In this document: piece after piece, positions 12,400 through 25,778 of the stretch
How positions within the stretch are numbered: the first letter of the stretch is position 1
Layout of the letters: every line of letters starts with the position of its first letter
Assembly (NCBI RefSeq): GCF_963921235.1
Contig: NC_086097.1
Span: 61,072,001 to 61,136,000 of the forward strand
DNA: 64,000 nt
Origin: Mobula hypostoma
Taxonomy: Eukaryota
Direction of reading: 5' to 3'
Notes under the pieces: model-generated
Seen by the model: the letters and a program-made list of their open reading frames with translations, nothing else
Database searches by the model: none
What the model was told of the DNA's origin: nothing
Position numbers and translations under genes: made by a program

Positions 12400-12545
12400 G
12401 CTCTTGTTTAGAAGGGTGTCAAAGGTTCCGAGGAAATGGAAGGAGAATGGTTCGAGAAGGATAATAAATCAGCCATGATGGAATGGCGGACTAGACTCGA
12501 TAGGCCGAATGGTGTAATTCTGCTCCTATGTCTCTTAGTCTTATG
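12400..12545 (+). mobile_element. CR1 3' UTR fragment
   Basis: aatcagccatgatggaatggcgga...ggccgaatgg...ttctgctcctatgtct matches the 3' ends of the other CR1 copies here. Confidence 0.8.
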
Positions 12546-13370
12546 GGCAGCAGTTTTGGTGCATGACAAAATAACTTGTGGTTCAACCTGTAAACAAACT
12601 TAATCAGAGTTAATAAATTTGCAGAATTTCTCAACCGATAATGCATGCATAACCGTGATTCCAGCAGAGATGACACTGAGCATTGCAAAGATTCATGCAT
12701 ATCTTCAATTTATAGTTATTGGATGATAATGAAGGCTAGAATATCAAATCCGAAACAAATGGGTGAGCATGCTGTAAGTTTCATTTACCGATGATACACA
12801 TTGGTCAAATTAAAACAATAATATGTTTCCCATCTCAGACGACTGTGCACAGGTCTCCAACCTAAACAAATCCAGTTTTGTGATACCTTCACAAAAAGGA
12901 CATTTCACAGCAGGAAGTCACGATGAAGTCTGTACAGTGTTACAGAAAATAAATATTTTGGAGATTAGGCTTATACAGAAGCGGTAGCATGGAACAAATA
13001 TAAAATTACTTAATTGATGAATTGTTTTTTGGATGTTCTACTAAGCTACTACTCCATACATTCGGTCACCAAAAACACTTGGCATCGATTGATGCCTTCC
13101 AAGCAATTTTCCCACTTGCCTTGTATGAATCACGTTTACTTGGTTGAGTTAGGCAATATGGTGAAACTCAGCAGAGACATTTTTTTTCAGTGTACACTTT
13201 CAAAGAATGGTCACTTAAAGTGAGTGCACTGATTAATATAGAGTAAAACGCTGATCAGAGCATGGTACAGCATTCAGTCTCTTCTTTCTTGCCTAATGGC
13301 TAATCTGGTATAGAGTTTTGAAGGCAAGATATTATTTATTTATTTATTTTGCAGGCTTCAGGTCAGAAGT

Positions 13371-16075
13371 CCATAAAACCATAAGACATAGCAGCAGAAA
13401 GAGGCCATTCAGCCCATTGAGTCTGCTCTGCCATTCCATCATGGCTGATTCTGGATCCCACTCAACCCCATACCACTGTCTTCTGGCCATAACCTTTGAT
13501 GCACTAGCCAATCAGGAAACTATCAATTTTTGCTTTAAATATATCTACAGTCCTGGCCTCTAAAGCTGGGCATTCCACAGATTCACTACTGTCTAGCTAA
13601 TAACAATTCTCCTTAACTCTGTTTTAAAGGATTGGCTCTCAATTTTGAGGCTGTGCCCTCAAGTTTCGGTCACACTATTGACATATCCTCTCTACATGCA
13701 TCTTATCTAGTTCTTTCAACATTCAGTAGGATTCAATGAGATCCCATCATCCACCACCCCGCCACCCCCCCACCACCCCCCCACCACCACATTCTTCACA
13801 TTCAGTGAGTACAGACCCAAAGCTGCCAAACAATTTTCAAATGTTAACTGCTTCATTCCCGGAAACATCCCTGTGAACTCCCTATTAACTCTCTCCAATG
13901 ACAATACATCCTTTCTGAAATATGGGGCCCAAATCTGTTGACAATACTCCTAATGCAGCCCGATTAGTGTTCTTTTAAAGTCACAGAATTATCTCCTTGT
14001 TTGTTACATTCTATTCCCCTTGAAATGAATGCCAACTTCTGAGTTTTTTTTACCACAGACTCAACCTGTAAATTAACCTTCTGGGAATTTTGCACGAGGA
14101 GTCTTGAAAGATCATAACCAATGCATCTGCTAACTCTTTGCACCTCTGATGTTTGAATTTTCTCCCCATTTAGATAGTAGTCTGCACTTTTGTTCCATTT
14201 ACCAAAAATATATTATCATACATCTCCCAACACTGTATTCCTTCTGCCACTTTTTGCCCCTTCTTCCAAGTTGTCTAAGTCCTGCTGCCATTGCATTGCT
14301 TCCTCAGCACTACCTACCCCTCCACCTACCTCTGTGTCATCTGCAAACTTTGCCATAAAGCCATCAATCCATTACCTAAATTATTGGCAAACAATGTGAA
14401 AAGTAGCTGTCCCAATACTGACCCCTGAGGAAAACCACTAGTCACTGGCAGTCACCAGAAAAGGCACCTTTATTCCCACTTGCTGCCTCCTCCCTGTCAG
14501 CCATTCCTCTTTCCATGCCAGTATATTTCCTGTAATGCTATAGGATTTTATCTTGTTAAGCAGCCTCATGTGTGGCACTTTATCAAGCTCCTTCTGAAAA
14601 TCCAAGTAAATGTCATCCACTGCCTCTCCTTTGTCCACCCTGCTTGTTACTTCCTCAAAGAACTTTTAACAGATTTGTCAAGTAAGTTTTCCCTTCACAG
14701 AAACCATGCTGACTTTGACTTATTTTATCATTGGTCTCCAAGTGCATCAAAACCTCATCCTTAATAATAGACTCCAATGCTTTCCCAACCTTTGAGGTTA
14801 GGCTAACCAGCCTATAATTTCCTTCCTTTTGTATTCCTCCCTTCTTAAAGAGTGGAGTGACATTTGCAATTTTTCAGTCTTGAAAGATCATAACCAATGC
14901 ATCTGCAACATCTTTCAAAACTCTGAGATATGGTCCATCTGGTCTGGGTGAATTATACACCTTAAGACCTTTCAGTTTGACTAGCACTTTTTCATTTGTA
15001 ATAGCAATGGCACTCACTCCTGCTGTCTGACACTCATGGACCTCTGGCACACTGCTAGTGTCTTCCACAGTGAAGAATGGTGCAAAGTACCCATTAGGTT
15101 CCTCTGCCATTCCTTTGTCCTCACAGCATCGTTTTTCAGTGGTCCAATATCAACTCTCACCTCCCTTTCAGGCTTTATATAACTGAATAAAACCTTATGG
15201 TTTCCTGCCCTGGTTTGCCCTCATATTTCATCTTTTCCCTGCTTATGGCTTTTTTAGTTGCCTTTAGTTGGATTTTAAAAAAACTTCCCAATCATCCAAC
15301 TTTTCACTCACTTTTGCTACATTATATGCTCTTTCCTTGGCTTTTATGCAGTCTTTAACTTCCCCTGTCATGTACATTTGCCTGCCCCTGTCATTGGAGA
15401 ACTTCTTCTGTGGGACATATCTATCCTGCGCCTTGTGAATTATTCCCAGAAACTTCAGCCACATACTACGCTGCCGTCATCCTCGCCAATATCCCCTCCA
15501 ATCCACTTGGGCAAGCTCCTTTCTCATGTCTTTGTAATTCCCTTCATTCCATTGTAATACTGATACATCTGACTTATGCTTCTCCATCTTAAGTTGCAGT
15601 ATGAATTCAATCATATTATGATCATGCTCCTAATGGTTCCTTTACCTTAAGCTTTCTAATAAAATCTGGGTTATTACACAACACCCAGTCTAAGATAGCC
15701 CTTCCCAGAGTAGGTTCAAGCACAAGTTGCTCTAAAAAGCCATCTCACAGGCATTCAACAAATTCCCTCTCTTGTGATCTGACACCAACCTGATTTTCCC
15801 AATTCTCTTACATATTGATGTCGCCCATTGTTATTGTGACATTGCCCTTACTACAAGTCTTTTCCAGGTCCCTTTGCAATCTCAAACCCACATCTTGGCT
15901 ACTATTTGGAGTTCTATGTATGATTCCCATAATGTTTTTTTTTAACCCTTGCAGTTTCTTATCTTGACCCACAAAGATTCAACATTTCTGTTCCTATGTC
16001 ATCTCTTTCTAAAGATGTAATTCTATCTCTTACCAACAAAACTACACTGCCACCTCTGCCTTCCTGCCTGTCCTT
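13371..16075 (-). mobile_element. Decayed CR1 LINE (part of APE, RT, 3' UTR)
   Basis: ORF fragments IYLDFQKELDKVPHMRL and SPRPDGPYLRVLKDVA. CR1 3' UTR and short tandem tail at 13371-13460. Confidence 0.9.
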
Positions 16076-17548
16076 ATGATCATTTACAATGTTATGAATA
16101 ACCTGAACATTTAACAGCCAATGGACTAATTCAGAAATATTTCCAAAATTAAACGGTCTATAACTTTCTCACACTGCATCATTTGGAACAGTTAAGGACG
16201 AGCAATATCAACGTCTGTAAAATTACTGCCACTGGTGGCTCCAATGAGGAGGAATGGCTGCTGGGGGGTGGGAGAGGGCAAAGTGGAAATTAATAAAAGG
16301 CCGTGGTTCATTGAATTAAAGAGGAATAATTTTTTTCCAAAGGTTGCAGGAATAACATGTAGGGATCTTAATAGTATTCAGCTACTTTCCTTTAATGTAT
16401 GTATATTTTGTATTCAGTTCAAATGTCGATAAACAACTATTAGGGTTTGATACAAGATAGTAAATAAAAGCAGTTGTGTTAAATTGAGCTTTGTGAAGAT
16501 GGAGGCTGAGTTGAACAAATGCTAATGGTCGATATGAGCTCTTTTAACGTAGTGAATGACATCTTAGGCAAAGGATCAAGATTATAAACAAAGATTTTGA
16601 TCTTCCTCCAGCTAAATGATGTTTTGAATTGTTATGGAATGAGCAGTGACTGTAATGGGAGAGAGAGGAGAGGAAGCTGTGATGTTAATAGATAAATTAT
16701 TTGATCATTTGTGGGCATGAATGCCAAATTATCCACTTTCACCATTCATCTGTCATGTACAGACCTCACATGGTCTGTTCACACCAGCTGTGTGGTTAAA
16801 AAGGTATGCACAGTTATTAACACAGCTCTGTTAATTTGCTGTAGAGCATCACCTGTATTGTTAAATAGAAAGTTAAAAAAAATCCTGGCAATTAACATAA
16901 GTAAGTGTACACTTCAGTTTACAAAGTTTTAGAGGAAATCCAGTAAAATAAATGGTAATACGATGAATGTGAAAGTATTGGTTTTACTGTTCCTAACTAA
17001 AAATTGTAGATTGGAATTTTAGAATAACGTTTATAATTTACCCAGGAATAGTACTGATCAGACACAAAGTAATTAACTGAAGGAATGAGCTGACTTGGTA
17101 AAGAGCAATCCCTATTCCAAATCAATAGAAGGACCTTCATGCTCATTTACAATGTTGCTACAATGACCGGAAGGAACATCTATCACATTCAAGATAAATT
17201 AATCCCAAGAAAGTGATCAAGTAGGGTATGTAAAGAATAATAAGAGTACTGAAACTCATTCAATCCCAGACGACCAGAAAATTAATAGACAAGGTGAAGA
17301 TTTATAATTCATGAAAAAGTAACATTTTGGCTCTGAGTGATGGACCCGGAAGGTATATTTTCTGCCTGCCCAAAATATTAATATTAATACATAATTACAA
17401 GAAAATCAAGATAAAACATGCAAAAATATTATTTATAAAATATTTATGCACATGTACTTGGCAAGAAATAGATTCACTGATTGATTAATTATTAAATTTC
17501 TGATAGGTAAACGTTTGTATTCTTTACTGGAGGATGGTTGTTGATTAC

Positions 17549-17629
17549 CTGATTAACTCTACTCAACAGGTAGCTCAAAGTACCTTTCAGTACAAAGAAC
17601 TGCGAAGACTTTATGCTTGTTTTGTCATC
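17549..17629 (-). CDS. Possible host exon (81 nt, phase 0-0; DDKTSIKSSQFFVLKGTLSYLLSRVNQ)
   Basis: Acceptor ttcag (weak pyrimidine tract), donor CAG|gtaatc. Only frame 0 is open, which matches the phase-0 end of exon 19930-20072. Confidence 0.4.
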
Positions 17630-17711
17630 CTGAATTGATATTTCTTTTATAAGCTGATTATTGAAAATGAATTTGTGTGAAGTATTGCAAGTAAAAACCA
17701 TTATTTGGGAT

Positions 17712-18470
17712 AAAGTTCAAAATAAAATTTATTATCAGAGTACATACATGTCACCACATACAACCCTGAGATTCTTTTTCTGTGGGCATAATTAGCAAAT
17801 CTACAGAACTGTAAAATGTAAACATCAGGAACTGTTAACTGTAAACAAACTGGGAAAATACCGATATAAATAAACAGCAATAAATATCGAGTATGAAATA
17901 ACAATATAACAGAGTTATATGAGTGTGGTTATCCCCTTTTGTTCAAGAGCCTGATGATTGCAGGGTAGTAACTGTTCTTGAACCTGGTGGTGTGAGTCCT
18001 GAGGTACTTGTACCTCCTACCTGATGGCAGCAGTGAGAAAAGAGCTTGGCCTGGGTGGTGAGGATCTTTGATGATGGATGTTGCTTTTTTACAGCAACGT
18101 TTCATGTAGATGTGCTTAAAGGTTGGGAAGGTTTTATCTGTGATGTACTGGGCCACTACTTTTTGTGGGATTTTCCGCTCAAAGGGATTGGTGTTCCCAT
18201 ACCAGGCTATAATGCAGCCTGTCAGCATGCTTTCCATCACACATCTGTAGAAGTTTGCCAAGGTTTTCGATGAAATGCCAAAACTTCTGAGGAAGTAGAG
18301 GTGCTGCCATGCTTTCTTCACAACTAAATCTCAGGGGATAGTGACACTCAGAAATTTAAAGTTACTGTCCCTCTCCACATCCTATCCTCTGATGAATACT
18401 GGCTCATGGACCTCTGGTTTCCCACTCCTGAAATCTACTATCAGCTCCTTGGTATTAACATTGAGTGAGA
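17712..18470 (-). mobile_element. Rex1/Babar 3' fragment
   Basis: ORF 17929-18321 reads KKAWQHLYFLRS...DPHHPGQALFSLLPSGRRY...RFKNSYYP, followed by the 3' UTR. Confidence 0.88.
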
Positions 18471-18892
18471 GGAAATTTACATCCTGCAGACTGCAGCGAA
18501 AGTGGTTCAAAAGGAGTACATTTAAGAAGAAGGCTGGTACAATTTCTCAAACAGGAAAGGGCCATACATAAAGTGTTAACTAGAAATTATGTATTCCTTT
18601 TTCATTTTTTTTTATTATTCCAATATTCTGTGTCTCATGCAAAGGGTATTGAATTTGTTAACTTACCTTGTAGAAATATTGAAATGTTAGGTCAAAACCA
18701 CATTATTTTGTAAAATAACCAATAGAAGAAAGTAATTGTTAAAATGATGAGAGACTGAATGACATTGCTGTTCAACATGTTGCTGTACAGTAAGAAATTA
18801 GTAAGACAACTTTCAAGACATTTGACCAGAATTATAGAGAATCCAATGAGACCATACCTAGGCCTGCAATCTCTATCTACTTGTTGCAGAAT

Positions 18893-19260
18893 TCAAAGTT
18901 CAAAGTAAATTTAACATCTTAGTACAGATATGTCACGATATACGACCCTGAGATTCATTTTCGTGTGGGCATTCATAATAAATACAAGACACATTATAGA
19001 ATTAATAAGAGACTGCACCCAACGGGCTGAACAAACAACCAATATGCAAAAGTCAACTAACTGTGAAAATACAAAAAGAAAGAAAAAAGAAATAATCAAT
19101 AAGCAATATATATTGAGAACATGAGATGAGGAGTCCTCCAAAGTGAGTCCAGTTTAGTGGGAACAATTCAGTGATGGGCAAGTGAAGTTTTCCCTTCTGG
19201 TTCGAGAGCCTGATGGTTGAGGGTAAAAGCTGTTACTGAACCTGGTGATGCGGGTCTGAA
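18893..19260 (-). mobile_element. Rex1/Babar 3' UTR fragment
   Basis: Starts with the ttcaaagttcaaagtaaattt tail and has the same UTR as 17712-17930. Confidence 0.75.
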
Positions 19261-19261
19261 C

Positions 19262-19730
19262 CTGGAGTGCAATGGAGGTTCACCTAATCGAGACCTTGGG
19301 TGGAGGCTAGTTCTCTGAGAAAAGATTAAGTGGACAGGGCCCTTTAGAATTGAGAAGAATGACAGGTTATCTCATTAAAATATACAAAAGTTTTGAGAAA
19401 CATTTTCAATGTAGTGACAAAGATGTTTCCTCAGATGCACTCAGGGTTCACAGTACCAACAAAAAAAAACAGCTGTTCAAGATCAACACAAGAATAAATT
19501 TATTCTGCTAGTGTGTTGTAAATCTTTAGAACCCCTTACACCAGAGTGTTATGAATGTTCAGTTTCTGAGAATATCCCAGAGGGAGATTCATAGATTTTT
19601 GAATGTTCAGGGAATCAAGACAATAGCATTAGCGTAGGAAAATGGTGCTGAGGTAAAAATAAAATCAGTCATGGGGACCTTATTGAAAAGCACCAGGAGG
19701 CTGAATGCTCTACTGCTGCTTCTATCTATC
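19262..19730 (+). mobile_element. Highly decayed CR1 3' fragment
   Basis: Residual similarity to the CR1 ORF2 end and UTR (aatcagtcatg...ggctgaatgctctactgctgcttctat). Confidence 0.55.
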
Positions 19731-19929
19731 ATGGTAGACACTGGCTTTGAAAATATGGTTTAATCTGAATCAAAAAAGTGCATAAGATGGAAATGCTGTT
19801 CCATTATCTGAATCATTACTCCAGTATTAAATATGTTTAAAGAGCACAGATTTTTATCATTTCCATTGGCTTAAGGTAGAAAGTGCATCCAGTGGAACAA
19901 AATGGGCAGACAAAATAAGACAATCATAC

Positions 19930-20072
19930 GTTAAAAGGCTGCAGCCAGTGCAATTCATTGATTATTATGATTCTGTTCACACAGTCATTAGATTTGCAAA
20001 AGCTGATTCCTGATTTCAATGGATTGTTCTTAGCGACAGCAAGTGCTGCTAATGTATCACTGACATAACTAG
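19930..20072 (-). CDS. Putative host gene exon (143 nt; xSYVSDTLAALAVAKNNPLKSGISFCKSNDCVNRIIIINELHWLQPFN)
   Basis: Strong acceptor ttttgttactcatccccctctctcaccag and donor AAC|gtatga. Open frame in non-repeat DNA. Starts in phase 1, matching the end of exon 24794-24897. Confidence 0.6.
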
Positions 20073-20805
20073 CTGGTGAGAGAGGGGGATGAGTAACAAA
20101 AAAAAACAAAACTCAAGCTAGAAAGACCAAGAAATCCAGCTGAGACTGCTTTAAAAATTTATCTCTGAATACTTCAACTAGAGTAACAATTGTTATGGGA
20201 ACATCAGATGAAATAAATTGGATTCCCAGGGGTGGAATGGGCATGCAATTAACACATGCATAAGATAATTTAAATTGCATAAATCTTACTCATATTTAGA
20301 GCTTTTTGTGCTTTATTATGGAAGGTAGAATTGTGAAGATTTATCTCTTACTTATTGCACATAGATAACAAAATATTTCAGTCTCTGGATAATTCTAATT
20401 TTTTCCCATAACATTTCACATCTGTCCTGCAATAAAATTCTGGGGGACATCAATTGTTTTGTCAATGAATATTGCTCCCATTATTGTTACTGTCACAACT
20501 TTTGGTGTCATATCCTGTATTTTTAGTAGCGAAGTTCAGAGTACTGTTATACTGTTGATGTACAGATTTAGGAAAGTTCTGGTGCAAAAATATATCCTGG
20601 TCTGCACCATTACTTTGGATTTATATCTGCAGCTAGTGTAATTTAATGAGTATTGCAAATATATTCAGACAATCATTGGAGGTCTAAATTCCATGCAATT
20701 TGTGAGCTCTTCTCCCTGTTCTCATGATGGAAGACACTAACTGCAAAAGAGTTCTGATGTCAAGGACTATAATTTTAAGTTGACGAAGGAAAGTGGAGGG
20801 GGAAT

Positions 20806-23065
20806 AGAAACATAGAAACATAGAAAATAGGTGCAGGAGTAGGCCATTCGGCCCTTCGAGCCTGCACCGCCATTTATTATGATCATGGCTGATCATCCAA
20901 CTCAGAACCCCGCCCCAGCTTTCCCTCCATACCCCCTGACCCCTGTAGCCACAAGGGCCATATCTAACTCCCTCTTAAACATAGCCAATGAACTGGCCTC
21001 AACAGTTTCCTGTGGCAGAGAATTCCACAGATTCACCACTCTCTGTGTGAAGAAATTTTTCCTAATCTCGGTCCTAAAAGGCTTCCCCTCAATCCTCAAA
21101 CTGTGACCCCTCGTTCCGGACTTCCCCAACATTGGGAACAATCTTCCTACATCTAGCCTGTCCAATCCCTTTAGGATCTTATACGTTTCAATCAGATCCC
21201 CCCTCAATCTTCTAAATTCCAACGAGTACAAGCCCAGTTCATCCAGTCTTTCTTCATATGAAAGTCCTGCCATCCCAGGAATCAATCTGGTGAACCTTCT
21301 TTGTACTCCCTCTATGGCAAAGATGTCTTTCCTCAGATTAGGGGACCAAAACTGCACACAATACTCCAGGTGTGGTCTCACCAAGGCCTTGTACAACTGC
21401 AGTAGTACCTCCCTGCTCCTGTACTCGAATCCTCTCGCTATAAATGCCAGCATACCATTCGCCTTTTTCACCGCCTGCTGTACCTGCATGCCCACTTTCA
21501 ATGACTGGTGTATAATGACACCCAGGTCTCGTTGCACCTCCCCTTTTCCTAATCGGCCACCATTCAGATAATAATCTCTTTTCCTATTTTTGCCACCAAA
21601 GTGGATAACTTCACATTTATCCACATTAAATTGCATCTGCCATGAGTTTGCCCACTCACCCAACCTATCCAAGTCATCCTGCATCCTCTTAGCATCCTCC
21701 TCACTGCTAACACTGCCACCCAGCTTCGTGTCATCCGCAAACTTGGAGATGCTGCATTTAATTCCCTCATCCAAGTCATTAATATATATTGTAAACAACT
21801 GGGGTCCCAGCACTGAGCCTTGCGGTACCCCACTAGTCACCGCCTGCCATTCTGAAAAGGTCCCGTTTATTCCCACTCTTTGCTTCCTGTCTGCTAACCA
21901 ATTCTCCACCCACACCAATACCTTACCCCCAATTCCGTGTGCTTTAAGTTTGCACACTAATCTCCTGTGTGGGACCTTGCCAAAAGCCTTTTGAAAATCC
22001 AAATATACCACATCCACTGGTTCTCCCCTATCCACTCTACTAGTTACATCCTCAAAAAATTCTATGAGATTCGTCAGACATGATTTTCCTTTCACAAATC
22101 CATGCTGACTTTGTCCGATCATTTCACCGCTTTCCAAATGTGCTGTTATCACATCCTTGATAACTGACTCCAGCAGTTTCCCCACCACCGACATTAGGCT
22201 AACCGGTCTATAATTCCCCGGTTTCTCTCTCCCTCCTTTTTTAAAAAGTGGGGTTACATTAGCCACCCTCCAATCCTCAGGAACTAGTCCAGAATCTAAC
22301 GAGTTTTGAAAAATTATCACTAATGCATCCACTATTTCTTGGGCTACTTCCTTAAGCACTCTAGGATGCAGACCATCTGGCCCTGGGGATTTATCTGCCT
22401 TCAATCCCTTCAATTTACCTAACACCACTTCCCTACTAACATGTATTTCACTCAGTTCCTCCATCTCACTGGACCCTCTGTCCCTTACTATTTCTGGAAG
22501 ATTATTTATGTCCTCCTTAGTGAAGAGAGAACCAAAGTAATTATTCAATTGGTCTGCCATGTCCTTGCTCCCCATAATCAATTCACCTGTTTCTGTCTGC
22601 AGGGGACCTACATTTGTCTTTACCAGTCTTTTCCTTTTTACATATCTATAAAAGCTTTTACAGTCCGTTTTTATGTTCCCTGCCAGTTTTCTCTCATAAT
22701 CTTTTTTTCCCCTTCCTAATTAAGCCCTTTGTCCTCCTCTGCTGAAGTCTGAATTTCTCCCAGTCCTCAGGTGAGCCACTTTCTCTGGCTAATTTGTATG
22801 CTACTTCTTTGGAATTGATACTATCCCTAATTTCCCTTGTCAGCCACGGGTGCACTACCTTCCTTGATTTATTCTTTTGCCAAACTGGGATGAACAATTG
22901 TTGTAGTTCATCCATGCAACCTTTAAATGCTTGCCATTGCATATCCACCGTCAATCCTTTAAGTGTCATTTGCCAGTCTATCTTAGCTAATTCACGTCTC
23001 ATACCTTCAAAGTTACCCCTCTTTAAGTTCAGAACCTTTGTTTCTGAATTAACTATGTCACTCTC
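20806..23065 (-). mobile_element. Young 5'-truncated CR1 LINE inserted into an older plus-strand CR1 3' end
   Basis: (TTTCTATG)n tail, intact 3' UTR and long open ORF2. The flanks 20740-20805 and 23079-23325 join into a plus-strand CR1 3' end. Confidence 0.95.
20902..22581 (-). CDS. CR1 ORF2 reverse transcriptase, C-terminal 559 aa (upstream part frameshifted and truncated)
   Basis: Motifs KSPGPDG, NYRPVSL, YLDFQKAFGKVPH, GVPQGSVLGPQLF, FADDTK and LVRPHLEYCVQFWSP. Confidence 0.93.
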   Translation of the reverse strand: MIMGSKDMADQLNNYFGSLFTKEDINNLPEIVRDRGSSEMEELSEIHVSREVVLGKLKGLKADKSPGPDGLHPRVLKEVAQEIVDALVIIFQNSLDSGLVPEDWRVANVTPLFKKGGREKPGNYRPVSLMSVVGKLLESVIKDVITAHLESGEMIGQSQHGFVKGKSCLTNLIEFFEDVTSRVDRGEPVDVVYLDFQKAFGKVPHRRLVCKLKAHGIGGKVLVWVENWLADRKQRVGINGTFSEWQAVTSGVPQGSVLGPQLFTIYINDLDEGIKCSISKFADDTKLGGSVSSEEDAKRMQDDLDRLGEWANSWQMQFNVDKCEVIHFGGKNRKRDYYLNGGRLGKGEVQRDLGVIIHQSLKVGMQVQQAVKKANGMLAFIARGFEYRSREVLLQLYKALVRPHLEYCVQFWSPNLRKDIFAIEGVQRRFTRLIPGMAGLSYEERLDELGLYSLEFRRLRGDLIETYKILKGLDRLDVGRLFPMLGKSGTRGHSLRIEGKPFRTEIRKNFFTQRVVNLWNSLPQETVEASSLAMFKRELDMALVATGVRGYGGKAGAGF

Positions 23066-24793
23066 ATATCGAGGGAATTATCGAGGGACCTTCCTTACAC
23101 AGAGGCTGGTGGGTGCATAGAGCACCCCGCCAGGACAGTGGTAGAGGCAGATGCATTAGGGGCATTTAAGAAACACTTAAGGCACATAATGATAGAAAAT
23201 GGGGTGTTATGTGCGTTATGTGGGAGTGAAGGGTTAGATTCATCTTGGAGTAGGTTAAAGGGCAGGTACAACATTGTGCGCTGAAGGGCCTATACAGTGT
23301 TGTAACGTTCTATATTCTACATTCTTTCATTTTTTTTTATCTTCTGACAACCAGAGTTAATTATTATCAAAGCATTATTTAAAAATATGGTTTTACTAAA
23401 GCTGGTGATTGTTATTAATGCCTAAAATCCCTGCAGTCCATTCGTGGTCCTTCTAAAACATCCTGTAAACACTGAGTGCATGATGGAAAATTTAAGTGGC
23501 TAAGGAGAAGGATGAAAGCATGAGCACTGCCTGTCATGCAAAATCCAAACTTCCATGTGCAGTTGAGTGCGCCTTGTCTGTACTTTCAGTGGATTTTCTC
23601 TCCTCGTTTTATTCTTCATATTTTTCAGATTTCCTTCAATGGAATTGTAAAAATGTCAATTTACTTTAGCTCACATACAAGAAAAGAGAGGAAGTTACTT
23701 GAGATCCTGGTGTGAATAAGAAAAGTGCAGATGCTAGAAATCTGAAATAAATACAGAAAATGCTGGAACATCTCAGATTAGGCAATATTTGTGGACAAGG
23801 TCAAAGATCTTCCTTTGGAATGGAACTATGCACCTTTGAACAAATTTGCCAACATATGCCTGTGATATTAAATCTGATTCTGATGCTGATTCTGACAATC
23901 CACACCAAACATCAAACTTCCTCATACTCTAATCTCACTTTATTCTTTTTTACTTTGCAAGTATCTCTTCTCAGACTCAACCACTCACCTGAAAACAGGG
24001 GACAATTTACTGTGGCCAATCATCCTGCCAACCAGTATATCTTAGATTGTAAAAATATATCACATCATCTGAGCTTCACCTGATTTATATTTCTGTTGGA
24101 GAAGATTGGAGACAAAAAAAACAGCTAAGAGATGCCCTTCTATTCGGAGACAATAAGGACACAGACCATTGTAATTATTATGAAGGTATTCAGGTGTTGA
24201 CAATCATCTAGCTGGGATTTCATTTTATTTGCGCCCTGCAAGGAATGAAGTGTTTGCAGCCATTTTACCTAATCCTATCAAGATGAATAGGCTTGGTATT
24301 TTCTGTCAGGGTTACACAAGCTTGTATTCAGTTTCAAATTCTCATTATGTTGATGGCTGACAATCTGACCAGGAAACATATAGCTGCACACCTCAAGATG
24401 AAAAACACAATTGTAAACATTTTGAATTCTTTCATTTTTCTCCCTATTTTTATCCCAACCAAGCCACAATGTTATAACTATTGTGTACTAAATACTAAGC
24501 TGAAGAAAAACAACATTCAAGAAAAAAGTTCTAAATAACACCAAGAGCTTCTGCTTCCAGCATAGGGAAATATTAGCTGTGGAAGTGAAATAGAATTGTT
24601 CATTCACACAATTAACAGCACACAATTGAATTTTCCTATATATTTCAATATATGTTCTCTCTGCATTCCCTTTTTAAGATTGGTGCGTTGCAAAGTTTAT
24701 GTCCACTTTCCAAAGCAGTGTTTACATTCTTATGTAGCATTATTATTGAAAAATGTGCATGGAACATGGAAATCAAATACTCTGAGGTAATAC

Positions 24794-24897
24794 CTTCACC
24801 AGAAGGACTGACATGATTCATAAAGGTGCTCATCATCATTGTCTCAAGAAGAGTAAGAAAGGACAATAAATTCTGACTTGTAAACCTAGTAAACAGC
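24794..24897 (-). CDS. Putative host gene exon (104 nt; xLFTRFTSQNLLSFLTLLETMMMSTFMNHVSPSGE)
   Basis: Acceptor ttgttgttccttgatttctcag and donor GAAG|gtatta. Ends in phase 1, and G+CT joins in frame to exon 19930-20072. Confidence 0.58.
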
Positions 24898-25778
24898 CTG
24901 AGAAATCAAGGAACAACAAAAATGAAAGGATGATATGAGAGGAAGTGTGTTAACATGGATTGAAAACTGAAAACTGCATAGAGAAAACAAAGAATAGAAA
25001 TAAACAGATCCTGCGTAGGCTGGGAGGAATGTAACCAGAGGCATTTCCAGGGGATTAGTTCTTGTCTTCATTATTTACAGTAATAACCTGGAAGAGGAAG
25101 CAAAATGCTAGGTTTCCAAATTTGTTGATGATATGAAAATAGGTGGGATGAGGACTTTGCTATTCTGCAACAGAATACAGATGTGTTGTCTGGGCTCATG
25201 CATCTCTCCTTCTATCACCTTTGCTTAATGTGAGGTCATCATTTGCATGCAGATGCTGTAAAAGGATTAAATAAGCTGATACCAGTATGGTTATATAGAT
25301 TGCTTTTGCTCTGGAAATACTGGGGAAGAAGCAATATAGTGTAATTGGGTATGAAGGACTACCAGTCACTAAGTACAACGTAGATTTGCATTTATTACAA
25401 TTTGTCAACAAAGAGAAACTGTTCTTTATTGTTTTGTAATTAAAAATTAATTGACTGTTTTAATCTAAATGTACTCTTCCATTCTTTATCTGGAAAGTGT
25501 TTTGACCTCAAGAAAATGACAAGCTATTTTCAGGATTTAAAAATTGTTTTCAAAGTCAGCATCTATTGTCCATCCTAATTGCATTGAGGAGAAGGTGATA
25601 ACATGAAACTCTTAAACATTACAGTCTTTCTGATGAAGGTGCTCCATAGTGTTATGGCACAGGAAGTTCCAGAATGTAGACACAGCAACAAACATTTGTT
25701 TAGGTTAGCAGACTCAATAGATGACACGTGAAAAGAGAAATTAGCCAAAAATGTAATGTTCAAAGGTCAAGGTGCAAA

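Noticed and set aside
13750..13790. C-rich (CCA/CCC) tract with G-quadruplex potential on the minus strand
   Set aside because: Simple-sequence expansion inside a dead CR1, with no evidence of function.
21290..21994. Plus-strand ORFs of 93 and 134 aa
   Set aside because: They are antisense shadows of the CR1 RT frame.
25224..25260. Possible minus-strand mini-exon (HLHANDDLTLSK)
   Set aside because: The acceptor looks good, but the only open frame ends in a phase incompatible with exon 24794-24897.
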